From: an archaeon
GTDB lineage: Archaea; Iainarchaeota; Iainarchaeia; Iainarchaeales; CSSED10-239
Assembly (NCBI GenBank): GCA_035390665.1
Contig: DAOOUC010000003.1
Span: 30,001-62,000, forward strand
DNA length: 32,000 nucleotides
Direction: 5' to 3'
Every line of letters starts with the position of its first letter. The first letter of the stretch is position 1. Both the position numbers and the translations under genes were made by a program. Positions 30,415 through 32,000 of this stretch are shown piece after piece. Under the pieces are notes generated by a model. That model ran no database searches. It was given only the letters and a program-made list of their open reading frames with translations, and was not told the DNA's origin.

Positions 30415-31047
30415 TTAGCATTTATTCTTAAGAATTAAGAAAAATTTCTGTTTCTTAGGATTATCTTTATTATAGATGTATTCTTTAACAAAAAATCCAA
30501 TTCTTTCAAAACTAGAGTTTAATATTTCTGTTGTGTTCTTTTCTGGAGGGTAATATTGAATTATTATTATTCCATTTTCTTTCAAAATAGATTTAATTGA
30601 TTTTCCTATTTTTTTAATAAGATTTTTTATTTCTATTTCTTGCTTATTTGTAAGAATCCATTGTAGTGCTGAAATAGAAATAATTAAATCAAATTTTTTA
30701 TTTATTATTTCTTTTGGAAGATTTTCGAAATCTCCAAGATAACATTCAAATTTTTTGTATTTACAAATCTTTAACATTTCTTTTGCTGGATCTATTCCAA
30801 TTAAGTTAATATAATGCCCTTGATTTTTTAAAAACTCTAAAGAAAAACCTGTTCCACAACCAATATCAAGTATAGAAATCTCTTTCGTTTTATTTTTAGT
30901 TTCTTCAAAATATAGTTGTAGAATAATATTTGTTAATTCTGTTTGTGTTTTTTTCATTCCAGAATTATTCTCGTATCTTTTTGTTTCTTCAAAAGTATAG
31001 AAATCATTAGGATTTTCATAATTTTGTTCTGGTTTTAATTCAGACAT
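30415..31047 (-). CDS. Bud23-like class I SAM methyltransferase
   Basis: 210 aa; PNDFYTFEETKRYENNS, ISILDIGCGTGFSLEFL, FDLIISISALQWILTN, SIKSILKENGIIIIQYYP..TTEILNSSFERIGF..., C-terminal KKQKFFLIL. Layout matches the Bud23/WBSCR22 catalytic core. Confidence 0.7.
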   Translation of the reverse strand: MSELKPEQNYENPNDFYTFEETKRYENNSGMKKTQTELTNIILQLYFEETKNKTKEISILDIGCGTGFSLEFLKNQGHYINLIGIDPAKEMLKICKYKKFECYLGDFENLPKEIINKKFDLIISISALQWILTNKQEIEIKNLIKKIGKSIKSILKENGIIIIQYYPPEKNTTEILNSSFERIGFFVKEYIYNKDNPKKQKFFLILKNKC

Positions 31048-31058
31048 ATTTATCCTAT

Positions 31059-32000
31059 TTAAGCAGATGCTAAAGGAATTGCAAGTTCTATTTTTGCTTT
31101 ATCTAATTCTTTTTTTATTTCTTTGTTAATGGAGTCTTTTATTTCCATTTGATCCCAATAGTCTATATTTTTGTTTATCCAGTAAATATAGGTTATATCT
31201 AAAGAAAATGTAGAAAATTTATCAAAAAATATATGATATTCTTCTAAAAGTTCATTTTTCTTTCTTTTACTATTAATAGCATCAAGTATTATTTTTTCAG
31301 CTTTAGATACTTGCTCAGATGTAGATTTAGATGATAAAGATAATGTTGCAACCACTCTTCTTGCAGGCATTGATTCCATATTTTCTAAACTTCTTCCTGA
31401 TAGAAAACTATTAGGAACCACGTGAATGGTGCCATCAAATGATTTAATTTTTGTTGTTCTTATTCCTATTTCTATTACTGTACCAGATATAAGCCCGTCA
31501 TTTGCTTTTACCCATTCTCCAACCTTAAATGGTCTTTCTGTGTAAATTATTAAACCACTAAAAAAGTTTTCAAGTAGTTCTTTAGATGCAAATGCAAGAG
31601 CAATACCTCCAATTCCAAGACCTGCAATTAAACCACTAATATTAAATCCAAGATTTGAGATAATTAATAATGCCGCAATAATAAAAATAAATATTTTAAT
31701 TAACATCTTTATTAAAGGCCTTAAATATTCATACCTTTTTATTTCTTCATTCTCTTCTGAATATTTCCCTAAATATTTCTCTATAATTACAATTAAGATC
31801 TTAATTATAAACCACGCTGCAAGTAACACATACAAACTAAATGCTAATTTATCAATTATTATTGCTAATGTCGTGGATGTTCTAAAAACTCTCGCAGCTC
31901 CTTTTAATACACCTACAAATATAATGAATAATATTGGTTCTGGCTTTCTTAAAATTTTAAATAATATCTCATATTTTGTACTTTTTTCTTCTAATTTTTT
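31059..32000 (-). CDS. MscS-family mechanosensitive channel (5' end beyond the window)
   Basis: MscS core GFNISGLIAGLGIGGIALAFASKELLENFFSGLIIYTERPFKVGEWV, then IRTTKIKSFDGTIHVVPNSFLSG. The frame stays open upstream of the track start at 31835 (reading KYEILFKILRKPEPILFIIFVGV...) to the window edge. Confidence 0.85.
   Translation of the reverse strand, partial: KKLEEKSTKYEILFKILRKPEPILFIIFVGVLKGAARVFRTSTTLAIIIDKLAFSLYVLLAAWFIIKILIVIIEKYLGKYSEENEEIKRYEYLRPLIKMLIKIFIFIIAALLIISNLGFNISGLIAGLGIGGIALAFASKELLENFFSGLIIYTERPFKVGEWVKANDGLISGTVIEIGIRTTKIKSFDGTIHVVPNSFLSGRSLENMESMPARRVVATLSLSSKSTSEQVSKAEKIILDAINSKRKKNELLEEYHIFFDKFSTFSLDITYIYWINKNIDYWDQMEIKDSINKEIKKELDKAKIELAIPLASA

Noticed and set aside
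31059-31835. Track start of the MscS ORF at 31835
   Set aside because: That codon is an internal TTG; the reading frame continues open to the window edge, so it should not be taken as the true start.

Overview
AT-rich archaeal chromosomal segment, most likely from a DPANN-type lineage (inferred from gene content and small divergent proteins). Most genes are on the minus strand. Contents: RNA polymerase operon rpoH-rpoB''-rpoB'-rpoA'-rpoA''; MFS and ArsB/NhaD-like transporters; tRNA-Glu(CTC) and a CAT-anticodon tRNA; a methyltransferase-like protein; a degenerate ribose-5-phosphate-isomerase-like protein; uncharacterised proteins and a PIN-domain pair; a complete 23S rRNA with no 16S or 5S beside it; a pilin-like secreted RCC1 propeller; a Ygr210/YchF-type TGS GTPase; small basic proteins; leucyl-tRNA synthetase; a Bud23-like methyltransferase; and a MscS channel cut by the window edge. 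The strongest unannotated signal is a C/D box sRNA at 12721-12796 (+). It has a perfect 10-bp terminal stem and C, D', C' and D boxes. Its D' guide places the N+5 nucleotide on the 23S A-loop U (E. coli U2552 equivalent), which lies in this window. Its D guide places N+5 on the universally conserved 16S C1402 equivalent. Other signals: a layered pre-23S processing stem around the orphan 23S gene, three perfect palindromes upstream of it, two near-identical GC-rich hairpin elements starting exactly at the rpoA1 and rpoB1 stop codons, and a small dispersed family of uncharacterised basic proteins. I found no CRISPR array, transposon or obvious defence island.
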